From positions 69,874,001 through 69,938,000 of the forward strand of contig NC_043007.1 in the NCBI RefSeq assembly GCF_006345805.1: DNA of 64,000 bases, written 5' to 3'. Positions 1-13,239 of this stretch are shown in pieces. Source of the DNA: Octopus sinensis. Taxonomy: Eukaryota. The notes under the pieces are model-generated. The model saw only the letters and a program-made list of their open reading frames with translations, searched no databases and was not told the origin of the DNA. Numbering within the stretch: the stretch's first letter is position 1; each line of letters begins with the position of its first letter. The translations under genes and the position numbers were made by a program.

Positions 1-1349
1 CAAACCCTTTCCTGTAAGGTGTGCGTATAATATTTCAAAACAAAATCCACAAGTGGCTAATTACACTTAATAAGCCATAGACAAACCGTAGTAATTCTTA
101 ATATGGTTTGAACGATGAACAGATAATTAGCGAAGATTGATTATCATTTACGGAAGTATATCTATGAAGAAAAAAAAATACTGAAAGTAATTAGCTTCCT
201 TGTATCTGAAGAAGATAAAAAAAAGTGAAGATAATGAAAGAAATGGGGCAACGGTAGTTCAAAGTCGATTCGGGGTGGAGATAACAGGACAAAATAACTG
301 TTACAGACATTAGTGAAAAATATAATTTATTTTGTAGATATATATGTATATGTACAGTATGTTTATATACACACACACTATGCATATACAGTATGTATAC
401 ATGCTATATAATAGTAGCATGTATATGTATGTACAGTATGAACATATTGACGGCAATGGGCAGAAATTAAATTGTAATTTGCCGGTTATGTTCAACAACA
501 TAACTGTTACAATAAAGACACTACATTATATTCAGTGGAAGGAGACACCGACTAAAATTAAACTTTAATAAGTTTATGATCGAGGCTTTACGGTGATTAT
601 TCACCGAAGTGAAAATGCTTGGTTTCATCAAGTTGGTTTCACAATTATTAATCGACAATACATAACAAATAATTACTAACGAAACGTATTTCCCACAAAT
701 ATTAACAGTAATTTAATACCAGCATGAGAGTTATCAGAAGTTAATATTGAAAGCGGAAAAAAAAGGGTTTATGTTGGCGGCATTACCATTTGGAAGATAT
801 TAAGAGAATCGTTTTAAAAGATTTCAAGATAATGTAAGTAGGCAGTATGTAAAAGAGATGGATTTGTCTACTAATGAAGAGAGTAGAGAACAATAAAAGA
901 ATAAATCCCTTTCACTTAAACAATTCAGTTGAACTGTCAATTTTTATAAAGACAGAACAGTCGTCAGACGGTCTGTTTCTTCCATTATCAGAGATGCCAG
1001 GATAGAGTTACAACAGAACATTAAAAAGGTGCCCAGTTGTTTAAAACAAGGAAAGAAATATCTCTAGAGTGAAGTATATTTGGGTAGTAATAATAATAAT
1101 TACTTAATGTCTGTTGAATAAGAATGTCTTCGTTCCCAAGACGTAAAAAATGTCTCAGAATTTCGGTAAGAAGGGAAGGAGTAGATTACGTCTAAAGAAC
1201 TAAGGGTAATATGAAATATAATGAAAAAAATAATTAAAAGATAGTAAAAGATGATGTTGTATAAATGATGAGAAAATTGGCAACCGGACGGGAAAATGAT
1301 GACTCTGAAGAAATATTTCAGAATTAATAAAACAATGTTGTTTACATAC

Positions 1350-1385
1350 CAGCATCACTTGCAGAGAAGCTTTCCTCCATCGCAG
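1350..1385 (-). CDS. Candidate 36-nt exon (MEESFSASDA...) of an unidentified minus-strand gene
   Basis: Minus strand: ctcttattttAG|CTGCG ATG GAG GAA AGC TTC TCT GCA AGT GAT GCT G|GTATGT. Product not recognised. Confidence 0.35.
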
Positions 1386-1646
1386 CTAAAATAAGAGCTT
1401 TTTTTTTTTTTTAAGTAAATCTAGAATATCTTCATCCAGCAGAATTGAGGCAAACTGTGTTTAATAGTAGTAAACTGTGGTTAATATATATTTATGAAGA
1501 TATAAACATCAATAAGTATAGAGGGAGGCCTTGTTAAGAGAACGACGCGAGTCAGCAGCAAGGATTTTTAACCTATCTGCCCAGTTTGTCTAAAACTAAA
1601 GGAAATAAGAACTGCTGCTGATGGTGGTGGTAGTGCGGGAGGGGTG

Positions 1647-1740
1647 CTGCTGCTGATGGTAGTGGTGACGACGACGGTGCTGCTGATGGTAGTGGTGACG
1701 ACGACGGTGCTGCTGATGGTAGTGGTGACGACGACGGTGC
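1647..1740. repeat. 30-bp minisatellite x3 (GTGCTGCTGATGGTAGTGGTGACGACGACG) in a triplet-rich tract
   Basis: Direct reading; explains the low-complexity ORFs at 1568-1880. Confidence 0.9.
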
Positions 1741-2072
1741 TGGTGGTGGTAGTGACAGTGACGTTGATGATGATAATCGTAGAGGTGGTGGTGGTGGTGT
1801 TACACACAAGAACAATTGTAATTACACCGAACAACTCCTGCTATTCTTACTCAACCATTTCACATTTTTATACTGTATAAACTGAAAACCGTTTTGTTTC
1901 TACCCTTGGCTTTGGTCAACTGAAAATTAATGAGCAAAACACCCGTAATTAGATCCAAAATAGTTACGTATGCAGGAAGTATACCGTAATAATGACTGGT
2001 ACACAAACCTTAGCCATTTCAATTAAACGCATGCCCTGCTGCTTTACTAATGAATAAAGAAAGAAAACTTAC

Positions 2073-2278
2073 CTTTTTTTTTTAGTGTAACTTGTGTCCC
2101 AGTAATAAATGTTTTAAAGTTAAAACATACTTGTGTGTGCAAATATTCAAAAGTATTAAAAGAAAAATAATATTAAAAAGTAGATGGAATTCTTCTCAGT
2201 ACCAGTTGTGTGAAGAGCAAAACCCTTTCATTCTGGGATTTCAAGAGGAGCATTTAAATTGTGTGTCACAAATGTCTT
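2073..2278 (-). other. Candidate non-coding (5'UTR) exon of a minus-strand transcript
   Basis: Minus strand: strong acceptor tttttccttttatcttaattcactttcAG and donor AAG|GTAAGT; no long ORF inside. Confidence 0.4.
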
Positions 2279-3586
2279 CTGAAAGTGAATTAAGATAAAA
2301 GGAAAAAATACTTTATTAATCTTTGCAAAGCATATATTTGTGTGTGTGTGTGTGTGTGCATGGGCACATTTATGTAGGTGTATGTCGATGCATGTGAGTG
2401 TACGTGTGTGTGTATATGTAGGCATGTATATTTGTTATATATATTATATATATGGTGAAAAAAGCACTGATAACGGAAGAGCCAATCCTTTTTTATGCTA
2501 GTTGTGATGCTAAATGAAACTTTCAAAGTATATTTTTGAAAAATGTCCCTGTATTTATGTATGTGTGGAAAATGTTTATTCCACAGGCAACTAAGAACAG
2601 GAAAACATGTGGGCACAATGGAAGGCACATTCACTAACAGTTTCAACAACCACAAGTCATTTAATATCCAATAGAGATATAATATCGTAACATTGGCAAG
2701 ATATATATGACTTTTGACAAAAAAGGCTGCACAAGCCCTTACTGCAACAGCAATAGGTGATGCAGACTTAGTTTAGCAGAAAAAAGTATCATACTGAAGA
2801 GCTCCCTCCACCTAGGTGCCTTCATGAAATCTGAAAATGAAGCTTACTACCACTGTCCTCATGAGTGAAAGTTTACTTTAACCAGCTAGTTGGATATATC
2901 CTGAATACAAGGATTGGTTCTTAATAGTCTCCTGCACTTAAAAAGAAAATGTATACACAAGCATACATATACATGACCACAAATGGGTTTTTAAAAACCT
3001 CTCTCCATCCTGCTTCCCTAACTTTCTTATGCATCTATTTATCTTTCTCTCTATTTCTACTTCATCATTGCTTCCCCCATCTTCTCCCTACTATCAAATG
3101 CATTAAACTGGAATGAACAATTTGGGACCTGAACACTGACGTGTTTAAAAGGGATCAATCTTGGGGACATAGCTCTAATGGGCTTTAGAACCATCCTTGT
3201 TTATTTTTTGTTCTATTAATGTTTTCTTTGACTCTTGTTCTAGTGTTCTACAATAACTCTGAGACCCATAACATGGGTGTGGCATTTTCAGGCCTCTAGT
3301 ACCAAAGTGCAAGCAATGCTTTGCCATTCAAGCTCATTTTTCATACTTTTTGTATCTTTTCCAAAAAGCTGCATCAAATGAGTTGATACCATATCTAGAC
3401 TACTTTTCCATAAATGCGTAGATAATCAAAAGGCTTGTCTAGCACTTTATTGCAGAACATAAGAATAACTAAGAATTCACAAGTACTGAATGTTATAACT
3501 TGAAACCTTTGCATCAGTGAGTTGTTTAGTATTACAGTTTTCTATCTCACCATGCAGAATTTTTTGTAGAGCTAGTACTTATATGT

Positions 3587-3795
3587 GGAGTTGCATGTCT
3601 TAGTGGTTAGGGTGTCAGCATCATGATCATAAGATTGTGGTTTCGATTCCTGGACCGGGCGACAGTCCACTCAGCTGGCAAAAATGAGTAATGCTGAGAT
3701 GGACTGGCATCCTATCCAGCTGGGGAACACATACACCATAGAAACCGGGAAACCAGGCCCATGGGCCTGGATAGGCTTTAAAAGGGCGCATTTAT
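3587..3795 (+). mobile_element. tRNA-derived SINE, family-C-like head with the GGGGAACACATACACCATAGAAACCGGG tail
   Basis: A/B-box-like TTAGTGGTTAG and GTTTCGATTCC; tail shared with the element at 34577-34870. Confidence 0.75.
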
Positions 3796-5246
3796 TTATT
3801 TTTTAGTACTTATATTGGTTTTGAATTTTGGCACAAGGCCAGCAATTCTCGGTGAGGGATAAGTTGATTATAGTGACCCACTGCTCCACTGGTATTATTT
3901 TATTGACCATGGAAAGATGAAAAATAAGGCCCTCAGCAGAATTTTCACAGAATTTTCAAGATTGAACAAAATGCTGCTAAGCATTTTGCCCAGCACACTA
4001 ATAATTTTACCAGTTGGCTTCCTTAGAGCTAGTACAAATATTGATAAGTTCTACAGAATAACCTTTACAAGTGACTTTCTGTATACTAAAATAGTATCAC
4101 AATTTTTTCTAGAGTCAGAACAAATTATTTGATCTGATTATATCTTTTTTCTTTTAGTACTGAAAGATGAAGTAAATTACCAGGTAAAAAAAAAAAGTAT
4201 AGATGCTCTCTAAGGTTTCAAAAAACAATTAGGCTTGAATATTAGAGCTTCCTGCTTCAATTAGAACCACATTTAAATTATGTGCTCAGTTGTGTGTAAA
4301 GAGTGCATTTGGAGCAATTTCTCTAGTTTTTGATTGGAGAGAAGTTATTTCATTCTATATGGTGTTTTTGACATTGTAAGACTTGGCCATAACATACAGT
4401 TATTGGCAGTCTCAAGTTTCTGTGTGCTTCAAAAAGACTGCTGAAAAATCCTCGACTTTTGCTCCCGGTGAATAAACCACTTCATTGCATCATTGCAAGC
4501 TGTTAGGTACTGCAAGGTAAAGAAAATATATAAACTTTTCTGTAAGCAATCAGAGAGTCAATGATTATTGCAAAGAACCTAACCACCTGGATGGTTGAAT
4601 CTACTCACAGATTCTATTGCAGTTTGAAAACTGAAGGCAATGCTATTAGTCTTGTGCTTCATCCCTTCTCCTTCATAAACATGGGTCATTCTGGGGACAC
4701 CTATGATATATATACTGAACTAAAGCTTTGAAGTCAACAGAAAGGATCTATAACCCTGGATCAGAGCAGCTAATTCCAGAATGTGTCAGCCAAGCCTGAA
4801 ACATGGGTAAGTAGCATTGTTAATCCCCATAGTAATAACTGAGGATACTACCCACTACCCATAGGAGAAAGACAAAGGGTGAGAAGAAGTTACAGTAAGG
4901 AATGATACAAGAATCATGCAAGAGCTGACTGGAGCAAGAAATGGTTGATGTGTGAGCAAATAAAAGTAAGGATAAGTGGACATTGGTAACAAATAAGGAT
5001 CAATCAAAAGGTGGAACATTTCCAAAAAGTGTTGAACTCATTGACTTCACTGAATTGAAATGTTTTGGTGAGTCACCAGCAGATGACAGAGGAGAATATC
5101 TTGACAGAAGAAGTCACCAAAGTTACTTGTTGCTTGAAGAACAATAAAACAGTAGCGCTAGTCAATGTGGAGCTGTTTAAGAGCGGCGGGGATGTAATCA
5201 CGAAAGAGTTGGAACACTTTTGCAACTTAATATAGTTTGATAAGAA

Positions 5247-5775
5247 GGTGGCAAGCTAGCAAAATTGTTAGCACTTTGGGCAAAATACTTAGTGGCATTT
5301 CATCTGTCTTTATGTTCCGAGTTCAAATTCTACTGAGGTTGACTTTGCCTTTCATTCTTTTTAAGTTGAGAAAATAAGTACCAAGTGAGCATTGGGGTTG
5401 ATGAAATCGACTTAACCCCATCCCCGAACTTGTGGAGGCACATGGCCTAGTGGTTAGAGCAGTGAACTCGTGGGTTTGAATCTCAGACCGGGCGATGTGT
5501 GCGTTTATGAGTGAAACACCTAAGCTCCATGCAGCTCCGGCAGAAGGTAATGGCAAACTTCTGCTCACTCTTTCGCCACAACTTTCTCTCACTCTTTCCT
5601 CCTGCATCTTGCAGCTCACCTGCGACGAACCACCGTCCCGTCCAGGTAGGAAACCTATACGCCAAGGAAACTGGGAAACCGGCCCTTATGAGGCACTCAT
5701 GACTTGAGAAGGAAGAAACAAACAAACAACATCCCCGAACTTGCTGGTCTTATGCTAAAATTTGAAATCAATATA
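5247..5775 (+). mobile_element. SINE family B with a nested family D SINE (5433-5729)
   Basis: The family D copy is flanked by a 14-bp TSD CATCCCCGAACTTG (5419-5432 and 5730-5743). Confidence 0.9.
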
Positions 5776-6477
5776 ATTTGAAGAAGTCATTGACATCTGG
5801 GTGATGGCATGATTATAGCATCACCAAAGCAAAGAACTATAAGAGAATGCAATAAATGGCATAGAATAACTCTGCTGTCTGTTCCTGGCAAAATGTTCTG
5901 AAATATTCCTCTTACCTGCATGAAGAAAATGGTTGGTGAGCACTTACAAGAGGAATAGATAGAATTCTCAAGCTATGAAACACTCTGATTAGAGCCATAC
6001 GTTCCAATAGCCACATGCTGTCAACTTCTCTTACTTCAACAAGTATTCACAGAGAATCTCTGAAGAAGACCATTGTACTGTATGAAGTGCCCACCCAATA
6101 TATCAACATCATGTAATCACTTTATGGGAGAACATGCAGTTGCATTCAAACCAAAGGTAAGAACATGGATATGTATGACATCATGATAGGGGTATGTGTA
6201 CTGTGGTGGTAGTAGTAGTGGTGGTGGTGGTGGTAGATTTCACCATGAGGAAGTCTATGGGGGATCAAGTATGTGGCATCAAATGGGGACAAGGAAGACT
6301 CAGAGATCTTGATTTTGCCAACAATCTGAGATTTTTTTGTACCTTAGGTACAGTAATGAAAGACATTATATTCAGTCTCAGCAATATCTACTCAAAGACT
6401 GGTATTCAGATTATCAAGGAAAATAAATGTGTGAATATTATTGGGGAGCAGCATATATTATTGGTCAGAATACTACT

Positions 6478-6711
6478 TATTTCTTTATTGCTCACAGGGG
6501 GCTAAACATAGAGTGGACACGCAAGGACAGACAAAGGAATTAAGTCGATTACATCAAGCCCCCAGTGCGTAACTGGTACTTATTTAATTGACCCTGAAAG
6601 GATGAAAGGCAAAGTCGACCTCGGTGGAATTTGAACTCAGAATGTAATGGCAGATGAAATGTCGCTAAGCATTTCGCCCAGCATGCTAACATTTCTGCCA
6701 GCTTGCCGCCT
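6478..6711 (-). mobile_element. SINE family B (GGCGGCGAGCTGGCAGAAACGTTAGC... head; GTCGACTTTGCCTTTCATCCTTTCGGGGTCGAT core)
   Basis: Matches many other copies in the window; TCAGAATACT duplicated on both sides. Confidence 0.9.
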
Positions 6712-7824
6712 TTCAGAATACTCCTGGTCAGCAGCAACTAGTATGACTGTAAAGCCAGATTCATGAATTCATTTTTTCAGTCAAGTACATGAGCAGTAAC
6801 ATCATTAAAGATAGGAAGTTGGGAAAAAATGCAGAGAAATGACTCAGGATAGCTGCAACTATTTTCAAGCCTCTGAGACCTGTATGGTCCATCTCTTCCA
6901 GCAACTACAATCCCAAACTCTGTCTGTATATATCCATCATTAAACTGATGGCAATTTATGCCTGTGAGATGTAGGAAAAGATCAGTAAAATTTCTACCAC
7001 TTCAGATGTTTTCCTCAGTAGTTGCCTCAGAATTGTACACAGAACTTCTTGGGTGCAACCAAACCACAAATGAAGAAATAATGCAAAAAACTGGGTTGAG
7101 TAACCAGATAGAATACCAGCACTATGAGACAGCAGAAAGTGCTTGGTCATTTGTTGTTCGTGAAGAAACTAAAGGGAATCACCTGTGCAACTGCAGGTCA
7201 TTAGCCTCAAATCACCAGGTCTGGTCGGCATTTGTGAGAGATGCAGCATTGAGGATGAATGAAGCCAGCTCAATCCACTCTGGGTGAATGCTGCAAGACA
7301 GACAATGCAGCTGCAGTAGGTTGAAAGTAGAGACTAACAATCTTTTAAGAGCAACCAGAATGGCCAGGGCACTGTCTCTACTTCTTGGACTGAAGGCAGG
7401 AAGCAAGTCTTCATGGTTCCACCTCTGGCATCGCAGACTTTGCATGTTTGCTGAATAATAAACAGGCACCCAATTTCTGTTATATTAAAGATTTTTTATC
7501 TTCTGAGTTTCTGACTCCTGTTATCTTCTTCCTGTCTCACTCGGATAGTTTCTTAGCATCTTTTGCCAAGGCACTGCTTATCAGAAAAACAGAAAATCCA
7601 TGATAGGATCAGCATGTGATAAGAATATATTATAATTAGATTTGGGGCAACATTGACTTTTGGTTTATCAATAAATAAGTTACCCAAATGTATGCTCAGC
7701 TTCACTTCTTTTGCATTACATGAAATATTTTATTAACTATAATATATTTAGTAAATATTGGTGTGCTACCAGATTGTTGTTATAAACAGTGAGAGATCAT
7801 CAAAGAGAAATAATGCATATTTAG

Positions 7825-8153
7825 ATAGTAGTTTATAAATGTGTATATAGTAGCTTATAAACACATATATATAGCAGTTTATAAATGTGTATATAGTAGC
7901 TTATAAACACACATATATAGCAGTTTATAAATGTGTATATAGCAGCTTATAAATATCTCTTTCTCTTTTATCTTTTACTTGTTTCAGTCACTTGACTGTG
8001 GCCATGCTGGAGCACCACCTTTAGTCGAGGAAATCGACCCCAGGACTTATTCTTTGTAAGCCTAGTACTTATTCTATCGGTCTCTTCTGCCGAACCGCTA
8101 AGTTACGGGGATGTCAAGCGATGTTGGGGGGACAAACACAGACACACAAACAC

Positions 8154-8214
<61 letters not shown>

Positions 8215-8470
8215 CGACGGGCTTCTTTCAGTCTCCGTCTACCAAATCCACTCACAAGGCTTTGGTCGGCCTGAGGCTATAGTAGAAGACACTTGCCCAA
8301 GGTGCCACGCAGTGGGACTGAACCCGGAACCATGTGGTTGGTAAGCAAGCTACTTACCACACAGCCACTCCTGCGCCTATGTATATAACAGTTTATAAAC
8401 ATGTATATAGCGGTTTATAAATGTGTATGTAGCATTTTATAAATGTGTATATAGAAATTTATAAATGTGT
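7825..8470. repeat. About 22-bp minisatellite (TAGCAGTTTATAAATGTGTATA) split by a SINE A insertion
   Basis: Units at 7825-7955 resume at 8380-8470. Confidence 0.8.
7957..8378 (-). mobile_element. SINE family A (tRNA head GGCGCAGGAGTGGCTGTGTGG; CORE-like CACCTTGGGCAAGTG; internal microsatellite)
   Basis: Box A/B, near identity to more than 10 copies in the window, AAAAGAGT-type tail. Confidence 0.9.
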
Positions 8471-9546
8471 GAAGGAGACAGAGGAAGGCACTAAGTAATG
8501 CATGCATGTATTTGTGTGAATTTGAGAAGTATAGAGCAAGATGGGCAATGATGTACTATTACAAAACAGTGATTTAATTTTGAGAGTAAATGATAAGAAC
8601 AAAGCAAGTGTATGTGAATTTTGTGCAGGAAATGATACAAAACAATATTGAGTTCAAATTTTAGCATAAGGCTAGCAATTTTGGAGGAGGGGTGAGTCGA
8701 TTACATCGAACCCCAGTACATGACTGATGCTTATTCTATTGACCTCAAAATGATGAAGGGCAAAGTTGACCTCAGAGGCATTTGAACTAAGAATGCAAAG
8801 ATAGACAAAATGCTACAAAGCATTTAGCCTGGCATGCTAATGATTCTCCCAGCTCATTATCTTCAAGACAAAATTATATTAAATACAAGACTTACTTATA
8901 GTCTTACAGATTATAAACAATAAAAAACATTTAAGTGGGCTAATTACAAGCTGTTACGAGGAATCTTTGGAGAAAGCCGAAAGTTTGTAAATGCAATGAG
9001 AATGCTAGAAATAGCAGCAAAAGTTTGTAGTTTTATCAAACTGTAGAATGTTCAAGTTCATCATGGATGTTGGGATGTTTGTACTTTCTCTTTGAGCAAT
9101 CTCTCACTTGGCAAATGCAGGATTTGCTTGTTTATTTCTTGATTGAAAGTGCAGAATTTCTGCTGAAACATTTATAAATTCAGAATTTCTGTTGAAGCTT
9201 ATCTCAGCATGTGGTCAATGTGAGAGGGGTGAGGAGAGACAGGAAGACACAGAAGAAAAGAAGAAAGGTATGGCTGGAATGATGAGAAGAGGAGGTGTCC
9301 AGCAATAAACCTGCTTTCTACAGAAAGTATCTTCTAATGTCCTTATGTAATACAGTGGAACAATGGAAGCTCTTGGAGTGATATAAATCCCAGTTGCCAA
9401 CTGATTAGTAATCTGGACAATTGTGCCAAGTCAAGATCAAACCATGAGATGTGTTCAATAAACAAACAATTTGAAGAAAGTGAAACAAGGGCAGGGTTTG
9501 CATCTCTGCTAAGTGAATCACAACAAATACATGATTATATTCTATA

Positions 9547-9944
9547 GGCGTAGGAGTGGCTGAGTGGTAAGTAGCTTGCTTACCAACCACATGGTTCTGG
9601 GTTCAGTCCCACTGCATGGCACCTTAGACAAGTGTCTTCTACTATAGCCTTGGGCCGACCAAAGCCTTGTGAGTGGATTTGGTAGATGGAAACTGAAAGA
9701 AGCCTGTCGTATATATATGTGTGTGTGTGTGTATATGTTTGTGTGTCTGTGTTTGCCCCCCCCCCCCCAACATCGCTTGACAACCGATACTGGTGTGTTT
9801 ACGTCCCCGTAACTTAGCAGTTCAGCGAAAGAGACTGATAGAATAAGTACTAGGTTTACAATGAATAAGTCCTGGGGTTGATTTGCTCGACTAAAGACGT
9901 TGCTCCAGCATGGCCACAGTCAAATGACTGAAACAAGTAAAAGA
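9547..9944 (+). mobile_element. SINE family A, full length
   Basis: Same head, body and tail as other A copies. Confidence 0.9.
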
Positions 9945-10319
9945 TTCATTAATTCCATGTTTCAGTGATGATACTATGATGTGTAAGGCTGACAATTTTT
10001 AGGATTGTAACTTATGATACTACAAAGATGAATTTTCATGGGATTATTGAGAATCAGAGTGAAGGCTATGATATAACACTTTGTTTTGGTTCCTCAGATG
10101 TCAGTGGCCATCAATACATCACTAACGATTAAGCAGTGTTCACAACACTAGGAGGATGGTCAAATAAAGTAATGAATAAGGAAAATTCATCCAAGACTTT
10201 GGTCATGTGACAGAAAAAGCAATAAAAGAAAATTATGAGATTCGACTTTGCTGAACAAGGAAACCAAAAAATTAAAACCTGTTGAAAATGTACTCAGGAT
10301 GAATAATTGTTCTCTTGCT

Positions 10320-11095
10320 TCCCTGGCACTCTGTTGTTTATGATGACATGGTTTCGGTTGATTCAATCAATGGTACAGCCTGCTCATGAAATTAATCTGC
10401 AAGTGGCTGAGTACTCCATAGACATGCATACCTATTTCTTTACTACCCACAAGGGGCTAAACACAGAGAGGACAAACAAGGACAGACAAAGAGATCAAGT
10501 CGATTACATCGACCCCAGTGCGTAACTGGTGCTTAATTTATCGACCCCGAAAGGATGAAAGGTAAAGTCGACCTCGGTGGAATTTGAACTCAGAACGTAA
10601 CGGCAGATGAAATACTGCAAAGCATTTTGCCCGGCGTGCTAACATTTCTGCCAGCTCGCCGCCTTCTGTATAAAGAAAATATGCATATATATTTCTTTAT
10701 TACCCACAAGGAGCTAAACACAGAGGGGACAAACAAGGACAGACAAAGGGATTAGGTCGATTACATTGACCCCAGTGCGTAACTGGTACTTTATTTATCG
10801 ACCCCGAAAGGATGAAAGGCAAAGTCGACCTCGGTGGAATTTGAACTCAGATCGTAAAGGCAGACGAAATATCTCTAAGCATTTCACCTGGCACGCTAAC
10901 GTTTCTGCCAGCTCAGAGAGATTCAGTGTGACACAGAATGTGACAGGGCTGGCCCTTTGAATTACAGGTACAACACTTTTTAGCTAGCTGAGTCGGCTGG
11001 AGCAGCATGAAATAAAGTGTCTTACTCAAGAACACAATGTGCTGCCAAATATCAAACTCACTTATGTAAGGTCATGATCCAAATACCCTAACCAC
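10320..11095 (-). mobile_element. SINE family C interrupted by two family B SINEs (10433-10664, 10691-10915)
   Basis: C tail at 10320-10425 and C head at 10915-11095 flank two B copies. Confidence 0.8.
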
Positions 11096-11599
11096 TCTCT
11101 TGCTTTCCTTTAACTATGTTACTGGTGGAAACATCTGATGTCTTTATTTAGTCTTTTTGAGATAGTGACAACCATCTATATATATAGGAATGAACTCTGC
11201 AAAGTGGAATAGCTCTTTCAGTGAATCCCTCTTGGTTTTTAAAGGGTAACATAATCACTCTTATTTGGTCTGTTGGGGGCCACAAAACATTTGCAAGAAG
11301 CATCATCATCATCATCATCATCATCATCATTTAATATCTGCTTTCCATACTGGCATAGGTGTGATGGTTTGACAGGGAACTGGTTAGCTAGCTAGATGAC
11401 CTTCCTAATGCCAACCACTTTACAGTGTGTGCTGGGTGCTTTTTTCATGCCACTGGTATTAATGGGATTGTCTGTGATACAACTAAGTATTTACTCCACC
11501 ACCAAATTAAATCAACATATTTTTAATATGTGATTTAATCAGTTTCATTAAATCCATATGACTATTTAAAATACCCTATTATTGAGCACATATATATGA

Positions 11600-12279
11600 A
11601 GCCATAACCCGTGGCCCCTACCTGGGACATAGTCAGTCCACCTGTGCATACCTTCCTGCTTGTGACACTTGTGAAGACCTGTTGAGGCAAGTGAAAGTCA
11701 AATCGAAGTCAAATCGAATCAAATCAATATAGATGAACATCAATGGAATTTGTATCCTTGTGGTACCAGTGCCGGTGGCACATAAGAAAACCATCCGAAC
11801 GGGACCGTAGCCAGTGCCGCATCGACTGGCCTCCGTGCTGTGGGCACGTAACAAACACCATCCGATCGTAGCCATTCGCCAGCCTCGTCTGGCACCTGTG
11901 TCGGTGGCACATAAGAAAACACCATATCCGAGCGTGGCTGTCTGTCAGCCTCGTCTGGCACCTGTGTCGGTGGCACATAAAAAGCACCATCCGAGCGTGG
12001 CCGTCTGCCAGCCTCATCTGGCACCTGTGTCGGTGGCACATAAAAAACACCATCCGAGCGTGGTCGTCTGCCAGCCTCGACTGGCACCTGTGTCGGTGGC
12101 ACATAAGATCACCCACTACACTCTCGGAGTGGTTGGCGTTAGGAAGGGCATCCAGCTGTAGAAACTCTGCCAGATCTGACTGGCCTGGTGCAGCCTTCGG
12201 GCTTGCCAGACCCCAGTTGAACCATCCAACCCATGCTAGCATGGAAAGCGGACGTTAAACGATGATGATGATGATGATG

Positions 12280-12280
<1 letters not shown>
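11600..12280 (+). mobile_element. Family E retroposon (GGCGTTAGGAAGGGCATCCAGCTGTAGAAA ... GTTAAACGATGATGAT tail) with an internal 63-66 bp tandem array
   Basis: Shared 3' region with at least 10 copies; internal GCCTCGTCTGGCACCTGTGTCGGTGGCACATAA units at 11882-12110. Confidence 0.85.
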
Positions 12281-12311
<31 letters not shown>

Positions 12312-12324
12312 ACAATATAAATAA

Positions 12325-12866
12325 AGACCCATCAAGCCAGAAGCTGGTGTCATGTAACTGGTACCCATGCCGATGGCACAATGAGAGCAACTTTCAAGTG
12401 TTGGGCCTCACAGAGGCAAAGTGGTTGAGTTCCTTTCGAGCATTGGGCTTCACGGAGGCAAAGAGGCTGAGTTCCATTTGAACATTGGGCCTCATGAAGG
12501 CAAAGTGGCTGAGTTCTTTTCAAGCACTGGGCCTCACAGAAGCAAAGTGGATGAGTTCCTTTTGAGCACTGGGCCTCATGGAAGCAATGACTGAGACCTT
12601 TAGCATTATGTCATGCTTCAGAAGAAGACCCATCAAGCCAAGCAAAATCGCAGATACTGGTGTCATGCAAATGGCACCTGTACCAGTGGTACATAAAAGC
12701 ACCCATTACACGCTCAGACTGGTTGATGTTAGGAAGGGCATCCAGCTGTAGAAAACCATGGTAAATCAGACTGGAGTCTGGTGCAGCCTTCCAGCTTACC
12801 AACACTGGTCAAACCATCCAAACCATGCCAGCATGGATAACAGACGTTAAATGGTGATGATGATGA
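12325..12866 (+). mobile_element. Family E retroposon containing a 42-bp tandem repeat (about 4.5 copies, 12401-12598)
   Basis: TTGGGCCTCACAGAGGCAAAGTGGTTGAGTTCCTTTCGAGCA-type units followed by the family E 3' end. Confidence 0.8.
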
Positions 12867-12984
12867 AATAATATTAGATAAGGCCAGCTTAAGGGATTAC
12901 CTAAACTGGCCTTTTCAACCTTTATTTATATTACATACTGCTCTATAACTTAGTGTGCTTCTCTTCTGGATCTATGTTTTACCG

Positions 12985-13029
<45 letters not shown>

Positions 13030-13120
13030 TATATACACACACACACACACATATATATATATATTTATATACACATATATACACACACACACACACATAT
13101 ATATATATATTTTTATATAC

Positions 13121-13232
<112 letters not shown>

Positions 13233-13239
13233 CCTTTCC

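Larger units (their letters stand above)
4900..7330 (+). mobile_element. Decayed RTE-type LINE (reverse transcriptase remnants) interrupted by SINEs
   Basis: Broken frames read ...LKNNKTV..VELFKSGG.., ..ITLLSVPGKMF.., ..VVDFTMRK..IKWGQGRLRDLDFANN (RT FADD-equivalent); many stops. Confidence 0.8.

Noticed and set aside
1568-1880. Thr/Val- or Ser/Pro-rich ORFs
   Set aside because: Products of a 30-bp minisatellite and triplet repeats.
4158-4183. Plus-strand 26-nt microexon candidate (ttttag|TACTGAAAGATGAAGTAAATTACCAG|gtaaaa)
   Set aside because: No partner exons or recognisable product; such signals are common by chance in AT-rich DNA.
8111-8344. Recurrent ORF ..[32 protein letters not shown] seen at many loci
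   Set aside because: Antisense translation of SINE family A, not a gene family.
11724-12242. 172-aa ORF with repeated MCHRHRCQ motifs resembling a metal-binding repeat protein
   Set aside because: Arises from the 63-bp internal tandem repeat of a family E retroposon; open in several frames, with no splice or gene context.
11882-12598. Regularly spaced repeats resembling a CRISPR array or HDV-like ribozymes
   Set aside because: Units are contiguous with no unique spacers, there are no cas genes and the context is eukaryotic; the CCTCGT hairpin lacks the nested double pseudoknot of HDV-like ribozymes.
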